From NCBI RefSeq assembly GCF_006345805.1, contig NC_043000.1:2852001-2916000 (forward strand): a stretch of 64,000 bases of DNA. The letters run 5' to 3'. Below are positions 49,447-62,853 of this stretch, piece by piece. The notes beneath the pieces are model-generated. The model saw nothing but the letters and a program-made list of their open reading frames with translations, was not told the origin of the DNA and did not search any database. Position 1 is the stretch's first letter. Each line of letters begins with the position of its first letter. A program made the translations under genes and the position numbers. The stretch comes from Octopus sinensis. Lineage: Eukaryota.

Positions 49447-50186
49447 TTATATATATATTATATATATATATATATTATAAAATGAGATAGGGGTTGTAAT
49501 TCAACCCTCGAGACATACCTATCTTCATGGCCGAAACAGCTGTCAGTTATAATGTAAATGTATTTTTATATCTTGTTATATTTATTTAGTTATATCTCAC
49601 CATATTGTTTGTAATTAGTGTACTGTATTAATGTCTAATCTCTTTGCTATTGTGTAGTGTTTTAATAAAGTATATGATTCGGTATTATCTGATAGTTGAT
49701 GATTGATTTAGATATATTTCTCCATTTTCTCATTTTGTATATATATATATATATATATATTAAATGCTTAGGGCGTCTGTGAGTCTTAATCCGGTCTTGC
49801 TTGGAGTCAGGGGATGGAGGCAAATTTAAAAGGCTTCTGTTACGTCACTTTAGTGACGTTACTGTCAGTCGCTAACAAGTAGGTGAAACAGAATGGTCGT
49901 GTGTAACTTCCTTACCACTGGAGACCTTTAACCGTTCGTAAGTGAATACAAGTCTCAACTAGTCAATGGGGAAGAGGATGTCGGAAGATCGACCGTTTCT
50001 TCAGTCGATAAGGATACATTAATCAATAAGGATAGATATGAATATATTGGTTCTTTAACCAATAGATCATTGCTAAAACATGTTGACCACCATAAAAATA
50101 TATTCTTTGAATCAATAAATAATGAGTTATAGACTCTTTGATGTTGTTACTCTGTGTATGAGCGCATGCGCACTTGTGTGCATGTA

Positions 50187-51322
50187 ATGTATGTATGTAT
50201 GTATACATACATACATTCATACATACATACATTCATACATACATACATACATACAAACATACATACATACATACATACATACATACATACATACATTCAT
50301 AAATACATACATACATACATACATAATACATACATGCATACATACATACATACACACATACATTCATACATACATACATTCATACATACATACATTCATA
50401 CATACATGCATACACACACATACATACAAACATACATACAAACATACATACATACATATATACATACATACATACATACAAACATACATACATACATATA
50501 TACATACATACATTCATACATACATACATACATACAAACATACATACATACAATCATACATACATACATACAAACATACATACATACATATATACATATA
50601 TACATACATACATGCATACATACATTCATACATACATACATACATTCATACATACATTCATACATACATTCATACATACATGCATACATACATACATATA
50701 TACATACATACATACATACAAACATACATACATACATATATACATACATACATTCATACATACATACATACATACAAACATACATACATACAAACATACA
50801 TACATACATACAAACATACATACATACATACATATATACATATATACATACATACATACATACAAACATACATACATATATACATATATACATATATACA
50901 TACATACATTCATACATACATTCATACATACCTTCATACATACATGCATACATACATACATATATACATACATACATACATACAAACATACATACATACA
51001 TATATACATACATACATTCATACATACATACATTCATACATACATACATTCATACATACATGCATACACACACACATACATACAAACATACATACATACA
51101 TACATACATACATACATACATTCATACATACAAAAATACATACATACAAACATACATACATACAAACATACATATATACATACATGCATACATACAAAAA
51201 TACATACATACAAACATACATACATACAAACATACATACATACAAACATACATTCATATATACATACATACATTCATACATACATACATACATCATACAT
51301 ACATACTTACATACATACATAT
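50187..51322. repeat. ~1.1-kb imperfect (ATAC)n tetranucleotide tract
   Basis: Direct reading; it explains the long H/T/Y/I ORFs. Confidence 0.95.
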
Positions 51323-51607
51323 TATAAAGAGAGAGAGTGAGAAAGAAAGAGATAGATATTTACACACACACACACATATATATACATAGATAATTGATAT
51401 TTACACACACATACGTATATACATATATATGTACGTATGTATGTATGTATGTATGTATGTATGTGTGTATGTATGTATGCGTGTGTATGTGTGTGTGAGA
51501 GAGAGAGGACGGAGTGTGTGTGTGTGGTTCAATAATTACTCGACCTAAAGGATAAATTAATCAATGAATAAATATATATATTCACATTATATGAAGTACA
51601 ACATTAA

Positions 51608-51637
51608 CTGTGTGTGTGTGTGTCTGAGTGTGTGTCT

Positions 51638-51690
<53 letters not shown>

Positions 51691-51863
51691 TGAGTGTGTG
51701 TGTGTGTGTGTGTGTGTGTGTCTGAGTGTGTGTGTCTGAGTGTGTGTCTGAGTGTGTGTGTGTGTGTGTGTCTGAGTGTGTGTGTCTGAGTGTGTGTCTG
51801 AGTGTGTGTCTGAGTGTGTGTCTTAGTGTGTGTGTGTGTGTGTGTGTCTGAGTGTGTGTGTCT

Positions 51864-51900
<37 letters not shown>

Positions 51901-51935
51901 TGTGTGTGTGTCTGAGTGTGTGTGTGTGTGTGTCT

Positions 51936-51970
<35 letters not shown>

Positions 51971-52075
51971 TGTGTGTGTGTCTGAGTGTCTGTGTGTGTG
52001 TGAGTGTGTGAGTGTGTGTGTGTCTGAGTGTGTGTGTGTGTGTGTGTGTGTGTGTCTGAGTGTGTGTGTGTGTGA
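51608..52075. repeat. (GT)n tract punctuated by CTGA
   Basis: Direct reading. Confidence 0.95.
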
Positions 52076-52425
52076 GCGCGTGCGCGCAACGTCTCTGTTC
52101 ATGGCCACCATAACTGTCAATACATTTCTTCCAGCGAAATCCAAGATCTGAAAAGACATTTTCACAAGAATCTTGTCTGCTACTGTCAAAGAACTTCTGA
52201 GCATTTTTTTTATTACGTGTTTAAAATCATCATCTTGGTTTCCTTACACAAATATGTCCTGATAAATAAATGCTTTACAGTTACAAAAACGTTCCGAATT
52301 CGCCGGGAACGACACTTGAAACTTGTACAGTGACAATGGGGCGGCGGCTCGGATGTGTTTTGCTACACAGGGCAGTCCCTGAGTTTGTCCCCCTGTCCCA
52401 CTTCCATTTTACACAGGTTTATACA

Positions 52426-52605
52426 TATTTCTTTACTACCCACAAGGGGCCAAACACAGACGGGACAAATAAGGACAGACAAACGGATTAAGTCGATTAC
52501 ATCGACCCCAGTGAACTGGTACTTAATTTATCGACCCCGAAAGGATGAAAGGCAAAGTCGACCTCGGCGGAATTTGAACTCAGAACGGAGCGGCAGACAA
52601 AATAC
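52426..52605 (-). mobile_element. Headless SINE B1 monomer
   Basis: Starts at the array junction site. 14-bp TSD CACAGGTTTATACA at 52412-52425 and 52606-52619. Confidence 0.9.
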
Positions 52606-52900
52606 CACAGGTTTATACAACAGACTCAAAAGTGCCATCCTCGTGAAAGCGCCGAACGGAGTTTACCACCCTTATCACCCGCTCACCACTGACTTTGTTG
52701 TGGATGTGAGAGCACAGCGACATCAGTGGCTGTGTATAAGGGAGACACGGTCATGGTGAAGGCTTAAAGGTCGGAGTATTCCGCTCGCGATCGAAGGTCA
52801 TGAATCCGATTACACACACACAAACACACACACTCATGTGACGGCATCCCATATAATTTTTGTCTAAGAATTCATCTACAGGGCATTGGACGGTCCGAGG

Positions 52901-53445
52901 CGCAAATTTTTTTTTCCCACGAGAGTTCCGGACCCCAGTTATGAACTCATTTGCATACAGCCAATCAGAGCTCAGCTATCAAACTAATTCATGAGCGCAT
53001 AACAAATGATGGGCGATAAGATAAGGTCACTTGGGTAAGGAATGACCACGCTTCTCTTCTCTTTTAATAATGCTCCTTGATCTTGTTCTTGTTTCAATCA
53101 TGGCTGCTTCTGCGTAGTTATTTGTGTTGTTTACTTTGTAAAACAGTAAGGGGAGAGGGTTGCTAGTACATCACCCTCTACCCACATTTTCCCCATCCAC
53201 ATCTTTACCATATGGGGCCCTAACAAAATCCGATAATTGGTATAAATGCAAATCTATCTAATTACTTATCTCCTAAAATCTGGTATAACTTGGCGATCGG
53301 TCGACTTACAACAGCACTCTTCGACTTGAGTTTACTCGGTAGAGTGTGTTTGTTAATTTGACAAGTTCAAGGGGAGCTCCGATTGGGTGTCTACAAATGA
53401 GTTCATAACTGGGTTCCGGAACTCTCGTGAGAAAAAAATTTCGCG
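52901..53445. mobile_element. MITE with ~72-bp TIRs inserted in an old SINE A remnant
   Basis: Arms 52901-52973 and 53374-53445 (CACGAGAGTTCCGG...GTTATGAACTCATTTG...GAGCTC). Imperfect flanking repeat GTCCG(A/G)G; superfamily unclear. Confidence 0.8.
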
Positions 53446-53963
53446 TCCGGGGCTATAGTGAAAGACATTTGCCAAAAGTACTGCACAGTGAGATTGAACA
53501 AGAAACCATGTGATTACAAAGTGAACTTCTTAACCATACAGCAATGCCTATAAATTTCTGGGATATAAAAGGTCACTGGAATTTCATCCTATTCTATACT
53601 TAATATTTAAAAAAAAACAACCTAAAGTAGCGGCTTGATCTGTAAATTGTTAGCAAAACAGTTTAAAAGTCGTTTCATAGTTTCGCCGGTTTAAAAGGTT
53701 GGCTGTGAACATAACTTTCTAATATCGTCTTTATCTTTTATCTTTCACTGATCTCAGACATTAGATTGCGGCCATGCTATAGCACTGCCTTGAAGAGTTT
53801 TAGTCGAACAAATCGATCTCAAGTCTTCATGCATTTAAGCAATTTTTTTTGAAGTCTGGTACTTATTTTATTGGTCTCTTTTACTGAACCACCATGTTAT
53901 GGGAACATAAACAAACTAACACAGGTTGTCAAGTGATCGTAGGAGACAAACGCGCACGCACAA

Positions 53964-54015
<52 letters not shown>

Positions 54016-54533
54016 GACAGGCTTCCACACAGTGTCCGTCTACAAATTCACTCACAAGGCAACTGTCGGCCAGGGGTTATTGTAGAAGACAATGAAAGTG
54101 CCGCGCGGTGGCACTGAACCTGAGACCACCTGGATACAAAACAAGCTTCTTAACCACACGACTATGTCTCTTAATTTCTGGGCCGTAAAAGGACAATGGA
54201 ATCTTAGCTTATTGTGTATTTGATTTTAAAAAGAAAAAAGTACCCATCTAATTGTGCTTGATCTACAAACAGTTAGCAAAACAGTTCATAAATCGATTCA
54301 TAGTTTCGCCTGTTAAAAAAGTCGGCCATGACCGTAACTTTTTTTATATCAACACCTTAGATAATATTACGACTGCGCCAACATTAACACGGAGTTGCTT
54401 TCACAGTAATTAAACACCAATTCGTTGCTCTTTAACCACGATACTTATGAAAGAATCTTAGGTAGTTTTCTGAATTTCTTGGACGTCAGCCGAACTGTTT
54501 ATTCATCAGTCACAATTTTTTTTCACTTTTTAA

Positions 54534-54755
54534 CACTTTACCATTTAAACCGGCCATATCCGGTCAAATTATTCTATCTATTTTATGTTCAAATTAGTCA
54601 GATCTGACCTCTCACACCTACCCTACAATGTCATTCTGTGACTATACAGTCACATCATTGAAATCTCAAAGCTGAAAAAAAAATACAATGACTAATTTAA
54701 AACAATGTGAAACTGTGAGTATTACAGTTGACAAAATAATACGAATGCTAGAGAG
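54534..54755. mobile_element. Diverged copy of the piggyBac-type MITE
   Basis: TTAA on both sides; shares CTCACACCTACCCT.CAATGTCATTCT with 18954-19173. Confidence 0.7.
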
Positions 54756-54923
54756 TTAAACTCCTTAACCCAATAGCGTAGACAGGGTATGCTGCTTGGG
54801 GCAGCCCAAGTACTTACCACCGGGTCCCCAGACCTATTACATACAGCAGACCCCAAAATGCTTGCTGCTTAAAAGCGTCGCCTGGGCCAACTGCCCCTGG
54901 CACTGGCGACCTACACTACAATA

Positions 54924-55143
54924 CGAGGGGGTGTTGAAAAGGTCCTAGTTTTAAGGGAGTCAAAAAAAGCCTGGTTGGAGGCCCAAACCTTCCGAGTTCT
55001 TTTACAGGGCTTAGAAAAACTAAAGGGCCGCTTCAATAAGTGTGTGAATCTGAGAGGGGAATATGTTGTATGAAATCATAATTAGCTGATCCTCCTGTAT
55101 TTTCTTTTACCGAAAACCAGGAACTTTTCAGTGCCCCCTCTCG
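54924..55143. mobile_element. Tc1/mariner-type MITE
   Basis: TA TSD (54922-54923 and 55144-55145); imperfect TIRs CGAGGGGGTGTTGAAAA / TTTTCAGTGCCCCCTCTCG. Confidence 0.75.
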
Positions 55144-56539
55144 TATATTCCACAGTTGTATGTGATGGGAGTATCTTCTTTGTATGTTCGTTGGAGCTCT
55201 TGAAAGATTTCTTTTTTTAAAATTCGTTTTTTGGCCTTAGAACCAAATTCTTGATAATGCTTTGATATTTCGCAGCTTCTATTGAAATCTATAAATACGT
55301 CAATGTTAGATAAACAAACCGTGATGTATTGAAACAATGATTTATTATGGTGTATATATATATATATATATGTATATTATATATACACACAAAGTATATA
55401 TATACATATACATACATATATATATATATATATATACATATGTGTGTGTAAATATATATATATATTCTTACATATATATTTACATATATACATACATATG
55501 AGCATACATATGTACATACATAGCATACATGTATGCATACATACACATATACATACATGCAGACTTATAGGTTTCCACTATAAAAATAAATAACGTCACG
55601 ATATATCATTCTTATGTTAGTATCGAGTACTCAATGAACCAACCATGAATATATGCATATCTTCACTGAGTGTGTTTGCACTTATTTTCTGTATGTATAT
55701 ATTTTTTATAATGGATGTGTGGGCGTGTTTGTATGTGTGTTCGTTCACTGTGTATATATATTTTGTGCAAGTAATGTGATGACGTATGTATTACTTGTAG
55801 TACTTGCGTATGTGTGCACACCGGTCAATAAATCAATCAATCTATCCATCTATCTACCTACTCACCTATTTATTTATCTATATAAGTCTCTCTCTATCAA
55901 CCTTATTATAACCAGTCTTTCTTCAAATCTATGTCTGTCTGTCTGTCTGTCTGTCCGTCCATCCATCCATCCATCCATCCATCCATCCATCCATCCATCC
56001 ATCTATCTATCTATCTAGTTAACCTACAATAAGAATAAATCCATATATATTTACGTTCATATACACTATACACATATATACAGTTATGTGTGTGTTTGCG
56101 TGTGTGTGTGTGTGTAGGGCTGGTTTTAAGCCAATTAAAATTCAAATTGGGCACCGCACCATATACACGATCGAGCGGTGGACGCTGAGGTGAATTTTTA
56201 GTTTATCGTTGTGGCTAATGGTAGAACCTCAACTCTTTTTGCCTCGGACTGGCGTACTACATAAAGCATAAAACATCCATCTTCAGCTTTTGTAGAGTAG
56301 AGGACCCCCAGACTTCTTAGCGCCGGTCCTAGTGTGACTGTGTTTCTGTGGGTGTGAGTATATAGCTTTGCTTTAACCCCTACACACGCTTTCAAACGTT
56401 CCTCTAACGTATGCGCATTAATTGGGTGAAATACCGTCCAACAAATACAATAGTTAAAGTTTAGTCCTTTTCTGTCTGTCTGTCTGTCTGTCTGCCTGCC
56501 TGCCTGCCTACCTGCCTGCCTGCCTGCCTGCCTAAGATT

Positions 56540-56735
56540 GAATATTCATCGTCAACAAATACGGGATACCAAAACAAGACAAATTCCACTTCGTGAACAT
56601 TTGTACACGTGCGCGGAAACCAAATCTCTAAATTTCTTGTCTTTCCACTGTGTCAATGTGCAGACAATACTCCAGACCGAACAAGAATTAATAAGGAAAG
56701 TTCATTTATTAAAAAATACGAGCCACTGCTGAACA
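56540..56735 (+). pseudogene. Penelope-like GIY-YIG C-terminal remnant
   Basis: HRQQIRD...IPLREHLYTCA, then a shifted frame giving IKKYEPLLN, like the PLE FI.K..P.LN end. Confidence 0.5.
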
Positions 56736-58328
56736 GGCTATAAAAGACATCAGTAATACACGATTCTTCAGTTCCTATCAATTAATTATTGTATAATGTT
56801 TCCTTGGGCTCGTTCTTAAGAAAACCAATATGTAGTAACTATCATCTTATTTACTCTACACTTAGTTCTCTTGCCTTACACCTTATTATCAAAGAAGGAA
56901 TGTTTTAACATGTTTAATGGGAGAGAACTAGCACTAATTGATAGCATTATTTTTTGACAGAATAATCAACAATAATTATCTATAATACTTTTATGTAAAC
57001 GATTATCATATCACTTATTCTAACTAACATATAGCATATTCAATGGAGAAAAGCTTTTACGTGAACTCCTCACGTGAGTGTCACATAAGCGTAATACATG
57101 AACGTTGACCGATCAATTTTTACATTAACGGATAGCATTCTGAGCTACATTCCTACTTTAAAAACAAGCTATTTTTATAACAATGGCCAGAATGGACATA
57201 ATTCGTGACATAACTCGATATATCACACACTTTTGAAAATTTAATGTGAAACCGGTCAAGTGTATTCCTATATTTTAAAATATAATTAAATTCTAATTAA
57301 TTCTAATATATTCTCTGTGCATTTTTGAACTTCACACACGCGCGTTTTAATTGGCAAAAGTTACAAACTGACTCAAGGGTCAAGAGTCTGATAGGTCATT
57401 GAGTCACTTTGTAACTTCTGCCGATTAAAAGTAAAACGGTTATGCCAATCAAGAATTATATATGTGTGTATGTGTGTGTGTACACGCACACACACACACA
57501 TATATATAGAGAGAGAGATACACATACACCCCCACACACACACTTATATACATATACGAGTGATTGGACAAAAGATAGACACTCAACAAATTTATTGCGA
57601 GTAACATGTATGGATCAAAACTGTTTTGATCCATACATACATACACACACATATATAAACATATATATACATACATAAATATATAAACACACATATACAT
57701 ACACACATGTATGTATGTATGTATGTATGTATGTATGTATGTATGTATGTATGTATGTATGTATGTATGCATGCATGTATGTATGTAGTTTATTCGCATA
57801 CTGGTCTTCATCCTGAACCGGATTAAGGCCATTTACAACTATATCCACCAGTTAATGCGACAACTATGAATAGGCAAGCCAGCTAACCCACAAAACGTTA
57901 ATGTTGCTTGTTATGAAAACTAATGGTATGAGAGGTAAGCAGAGGCATCTCAGGCAGTTAAAGGGATAACCAATAACTTCCTGCTAGCTATATCCTCTAA
58001 TATCTTCTTCAACAACTCCTTAGGTTTCAGTAGCGCCAAAGGTGTAAAATCGAAAATCACAGCTTAATAAAAACATCATATCCTACCATTAACTGAGAGG
58101 CAGTTATCCATTATTGCAATATTTGAAACACGATCATCAGGAAAACAAAGGATGTCTTTGTGTATCACATGACCTGCTGCAAAATCTATCGAATCTCCCA
58201 CTGCAACTAGGTCTTTTGGTAATTTGCCAAGTGGATCTTGTCTTCCACAATCAAGTGTTGGCTGTGTACACAGTACTTCTGCTACTTACAAATAGGTAAA
58301 GCCCGTTTCACTCCTACTCCATACTATA

Positions 58329-58384
<56 letters not shown>

Positions 58385-58665
58385 ACACACACACACCACA
58401 CACACACACACACACGTGCACACACGTACACACACACTCACACACATTAGCAAGCGATTGCAACGGAGGAGACACACACTAGCCATTCATAAAACACACA
58501 AAGACTGAACTTTACATTTAAACAATATTTGGGGGCCAAAATTTTCGTCGCACTAACTGCAACCTGGTCACTGACACGGTCCACACTGCAATCGTTTTAG
58601 TTTCAATACACGGTCTTAAATCATATTACCTGGTAAGAATACTTCTGAAGTATAATAAAAAAAAG

Positions 58666-59030
58666 TGGTAAGTAGCTTGTTTACCAACCACATGGTTCCG
58701 GGTTCAGTCCCACTGCGTGGCACCTTGGGCAAGTGTCTTCTACTATAGCCTCGGGCCGACCAAAGCCCTGAGTGGATTTGGTAGACGGAAACTGAAAGAA
58801 GCCCGTTGTATATATGTATGTATATATGAGTGTGTGTGTGTCTGTGTTTGTCCCCCTAGCATTGCTTGACAACCGATGCTGGTGTGTTTATGTCCCCGTT
58901 ACTTAGCGGTTCGGCAAAAGAGACCGATAGAATAAGTACTGGGCTTACAAAAGAATAAGTCCCGGGATCGAGTTGCTCGATTAAAGGCGGTGCTCCAGCA
59001 TGGCCGCAGTCAAATGACTGAAACAAGTAA
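58666..59030 (+). mobile_element. SINE A, slightly 5'-truncated
   Basis: Colinear with family A. Confidence 0.9.
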
Positions 59031-59689
59031 AAAAAAAAAAAATAACATTCATTAATTCATGCTTCCTCAGTCTCGCCTCCCTATACCTTCCATAGTAACT
59101 CATCTGGACACCTCAATCCAGGCACTGGACTAGACGATATTTTGTTTTTTCCAAAACTAATGTTCATCTACCCTTATCTTTTATCTTTCCCTTGTTTCAG
59201 TCATTAGACTGCGGCCATGCTGAGGCACTTTTCAAATTCCCTTTCTCCCCCTTCTTGTCAAAGTATAATACGTGCTCGCACACACACACACACACTCACA
59301 AGACGGGATGGTCACGGCTGGTGTGCCTTTAAGAATAGGTCTGTTCTCTCAGGTCTGACTTACTTTAAACATCACATGAACAAAAACTAAGAAAACTTTT
59401 CGGGGGCGCTTGACCTGCTAGAAATAGCAGCTAAATCCCCATTAGCAATACACAACTGTTTAAAATAAAAAGGCACATTGTATAATATAGTTTTAGATAC
59501 ACTTGGCTTACGTTTACACGTACGTCTATAATAATGTGTATAATATATACACACTACAGTGTTACTTATCATATGACGGGTAACATTCTAGCACACATTT
59601 ACCCACACAGATAATTGCAGGGAAGTGAGCATATATATACAATGATTATAATTTAACTTTAATCACACGTTTTGGTGCCTATACAAAAT

Positions 59690-59880
59690 TATTCTTTTCT
59701 ACTCTAGTCACAAGGTCCCAAATTTTGGGGAGGGTGCCAGTCGATTAGATCAACACCAGTATACAACTGGTACTTAAGTTATCGATCCCGAAAGGATGAA
59801 AGGCGAAGTCGACGTAAAGACAGACGAAATACCGCTAAGCATTTCGCCTGGCGTGCTAACGTTTCTGCCAGCTCGCCGCC
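59690..59880 (-). mobile_element. SINE B2 with internal deletion, next to (TAA)n
   Basis: Tail CTACTCTAGTCACAAGG; head CTGCCAGCTCGCCGCC followed by (TAA)n. Confidence 0.8.
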
Positions 59881-59882
59881 TT

Positions 59883-59975
<93 letters not shown>

Positions 59976-59976
<1 letters not shown>

Positions 59977-60552
59977 GAGGGAGAGAGCAGTGCATGCCAT
60001 CAAAGTGACACTATGACTACCCATCTGATAAGGGTACACCAAGCACATGCATCACAACCATATGTGCACGACATGGTGATCTTATATCAAGATAAACAGC
60101 GCATAATCTTGCAGGTGGGACCCAGATAGAATTTTCTTCCGGTCGAGTAGCCCGTCCCGCTCAAATGGTCCCTGAATAAGGGTTGTTTGAGGATGTTGAA
60201 CGAAATACCCATGTTACCAAAGGTGAATTATTCAAACCCCAAAGAATCCCTCTCAACACATGGCTATGATGCTCCCCCACTACTTCTGCTCGTGATCAGA
60301 GATGCACATATCGTCAGCCACTAAGGGACATGTTCAACTGGTTAAGGTCAAACAACCGACAAGCAAATCTGTGGTATTGAGCAGAATATTTGCTGTAGAC
60401 CATCTTTTATACCAAGACAAAACAATGTACATGATAACACTTCCAATCAGTTAAGATTAGAAGCCATGAGAGCCTGTACCTGGTACTTCACAGACCATGG
60501 GAGCCACAGCCTGGTACTTCAAAAGCTATGAGAGCAGTGCCTGGTCCTAGCC
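59976..60552 (-). repeat. Unclassified interspersed repeat between (AAT)n and (CTA)n, with three ~30-bp terminal subrepeats
   Basis: Subrepeats G(T/G)ACCAGG...GCTC(T/C)CAT on the minus strand at ~60462-60552. No second copy in the window, so the family assignment is weak. Confidence 0.4.
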
Positions 60553-60572
60553 ACTGCTTACTACTACTACTT

Positions 60573-60652
<80 letters not shown>

Positions 60653-60655
60653 TTA

Positions 60656-61280
60656 CGTGTTTGACTTTTGTATTTGTACAAGTGGACTCCAAGTCTCCCC
60701 CCAGAGACCTCAAGAGACAACAAGTTAGACGTTTAAGTTGGTGTTATGACTAGGGTGTCATATATTTGGTTTTGCACAAAGTATTGTTCTAGAGAATGTT
60801 AAAAAAAGAAAACTGTAAGTTTGTTTCAAAATTTAAGATTACATAACAGTATTTTACGCAGGATATGGGCAGTTCCCATGAGCACTATTTTTTTGAATTT
60901 CTGCCATTTTTAGAATTCCTGGTATCTGAGCTAGGTAGCAATCATCCCCTTTTGCTATCGTTCCTAAGGCACCTATGACAACAGGTATTGTTTTAGTCGT
61001 GAGGTTCCACATTTTGCCAATTTCTATTTCAAGATCTTTATACTTGCTCAGTTTTTGGTGGGTCTTGACAGATACATTTATGTCGATTGGGACAATCATT
61101 TCGATGAGGAGGCATGATTTTTGTCTATCTGGCCTATTCCCATCTACCTTTCTGTCAGTTTGAACGGTGAAGTTCCAGAGGAGTGAGATGTAGTCATTTT
61201 CAAGCACTGGAGGTGGTTTGCGTTCCCACCAGTTTTTATCACATGGCAGGTCCAAGATTTTGCAAATTACCCAGTGAATA

Positions 61281-61282
<2 letters not shown>
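60656..61282 (-). mobile_element. 5'-truncated R4/Dong-clade LINE (restriction-like endonuclease plus 3' UTR)
   Basis: LWNFTVQTDRKVDGNRPD...LIEMIVP...KLSKYKDLEIEIGKMW...IPVVIGALG; flanked by (CTA)n and (ATT)n. Confidence 0.82.
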
Positions 61283-61317
<35 letters not shown>

Positions 61318-61827
61318 TTTAGTAAGCGTACACGTTTAACCTATCTCTGAAGAGCAGATGCTGTGATGTTACACCATATATTTTTATCGCTTCAGTAAAA
61401 AAAAACAAAAAACGATCGTTTTGACTATTTCAGCATTTCTTTTACCACATCATCAGAGCTCGATTAGTCATTTTCCTCGCCACAGACAGAATGGTAGCTA
61501 ATGAATTATATCTATTAATAGTATACACAAACTCGAACAAAACTAGTTCTTTTATTAATTAATTATTTCACATTGCCAACGATTTCATTCTAATACAATT
61601 TAGGACAAACCAAGAGGATTGCGTATATTATAAATAGATATAAACTATTCTGTCTGTTATGAGGAAAATGAGTAAGAAAAATCTGACGAAGTAAAACACA
61701 TTGAAACTGGTTAGGTCTACAGTTTTCTTTAGCTACAAAGAGAGAAAAATGTGTTTTAACCAGAGTTACTGCGTTTCGCAAAGTTCACATACACATGCGC
61801 GCACGCAAACACACACATATACACATA

Positions 61828-62214
61828 TTCTTTTACTCTTTTACTTGTTTCAGTCATTTGACTGCGGCCATGCTGGAGCACCGCCTTTAATCGAGCAACT
61901 CGACCTCAGGACTTATTCTTTTGTAAGCCCAGTACTTATTCTATCGGTCCCTTTTGCCGAACCGCTAAGTAACGGGGACATAACCACACCAGCATCGGTT
62001 GTCAAGCAATGCTAGGGGGACAAACACAGACACACACATATATATATATATACATATATACGACGGGCTTCTTTCAGTTTCCGTCTACCAAATCCACTCA
62101 CAAGGCTTTGGTCGGCCCGAGGCTATAGTAGAAGACACTTGCCCAAGATGCCACGCAGTGGGACCGAACCCGGAACCATGTGGTTGGTAAGCAAGCTACT
62201 TACCACACAGCCAC
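61828..62214 (-). mobile_element. SINE A, near full length
   Basis: Colinear with family A. Confidence 0.92.
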
Positions 62215-62584
62215 ATAATTTCATTTCTTGAATTAATCTACGTATGTTAGAATGGTTATCCTAACATCGGGTAGTGTTTTTAATAACAATAATGACGATT
62301 TGAAATGGTAAATCAAAAGACTGTGGCCATTCAAGAAGATGAGTGGTATACTTGTTGCTGTTGTTGTTGGAGCCTTGCGTACGTTATGTAACAAGATTGC
62401 AAATTAAATTGGAGAGACAGGGGGCAATGTAAAAATAGTGTTCTATGGAATTACGTGAATCCTCGCAGAATTTTCGAAATCTGAATGAAGTGTGTTACCT
62501 TAGTCTACTGGTCGTGGACAGTTGACATTTTGTTATGTCCCTCTGCGAAGTTACTGTGTAAAACAAGATAATAATAATAATAAT

Positions 62585-62797
62585 TCTTTTTACTAAAGGC
62601 TCATGGTCTGAAATTTTTGGGAAAGGTACTAGCCGATTACATCGACCCCAGTGCTCGACTGGTACTTATTTTTATCGACTTCGCAAGGATGAAAGGTAAA
62701 ATAGACTTCGGCGGAATTTGAACCCAGAACGTAAGGACGGACGAAATGCCGCTAAGCATTTTGCCCGGCGTGCTAACGATTCTGCCAACTCACCGCC

Positions 62798-62853
<56 letters not shown>

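Noticed and set aside
50154-51389. 411-aa and overlapping long ORFs (also 39154-39781, 41335-41780, 51587-52204, 11554-12055)
   Set aside because: Translations of (ATAC)n, (TA)n and (GT)n microsatellites that lack stop codons; no domain content.
56116-56332. Possible hAT-like MITE (TAGGGCTGG...CCGGTCCTA)
   Set aside because: TIR match is short and imperfect, and the TSD is confounded by flanking (GT)n.
58114-58299. Plus-strand exon candidate ending AAATAG|GTAAAG
   Set aside because: No frame resembles the sugar-porter family, and one frame has internal stops.
61676-61715. CUGACGA...GAAAC spacing
   Set aside because: Weak AU-rich helix II, non-palindromic helix III and no helix I; likely chance.
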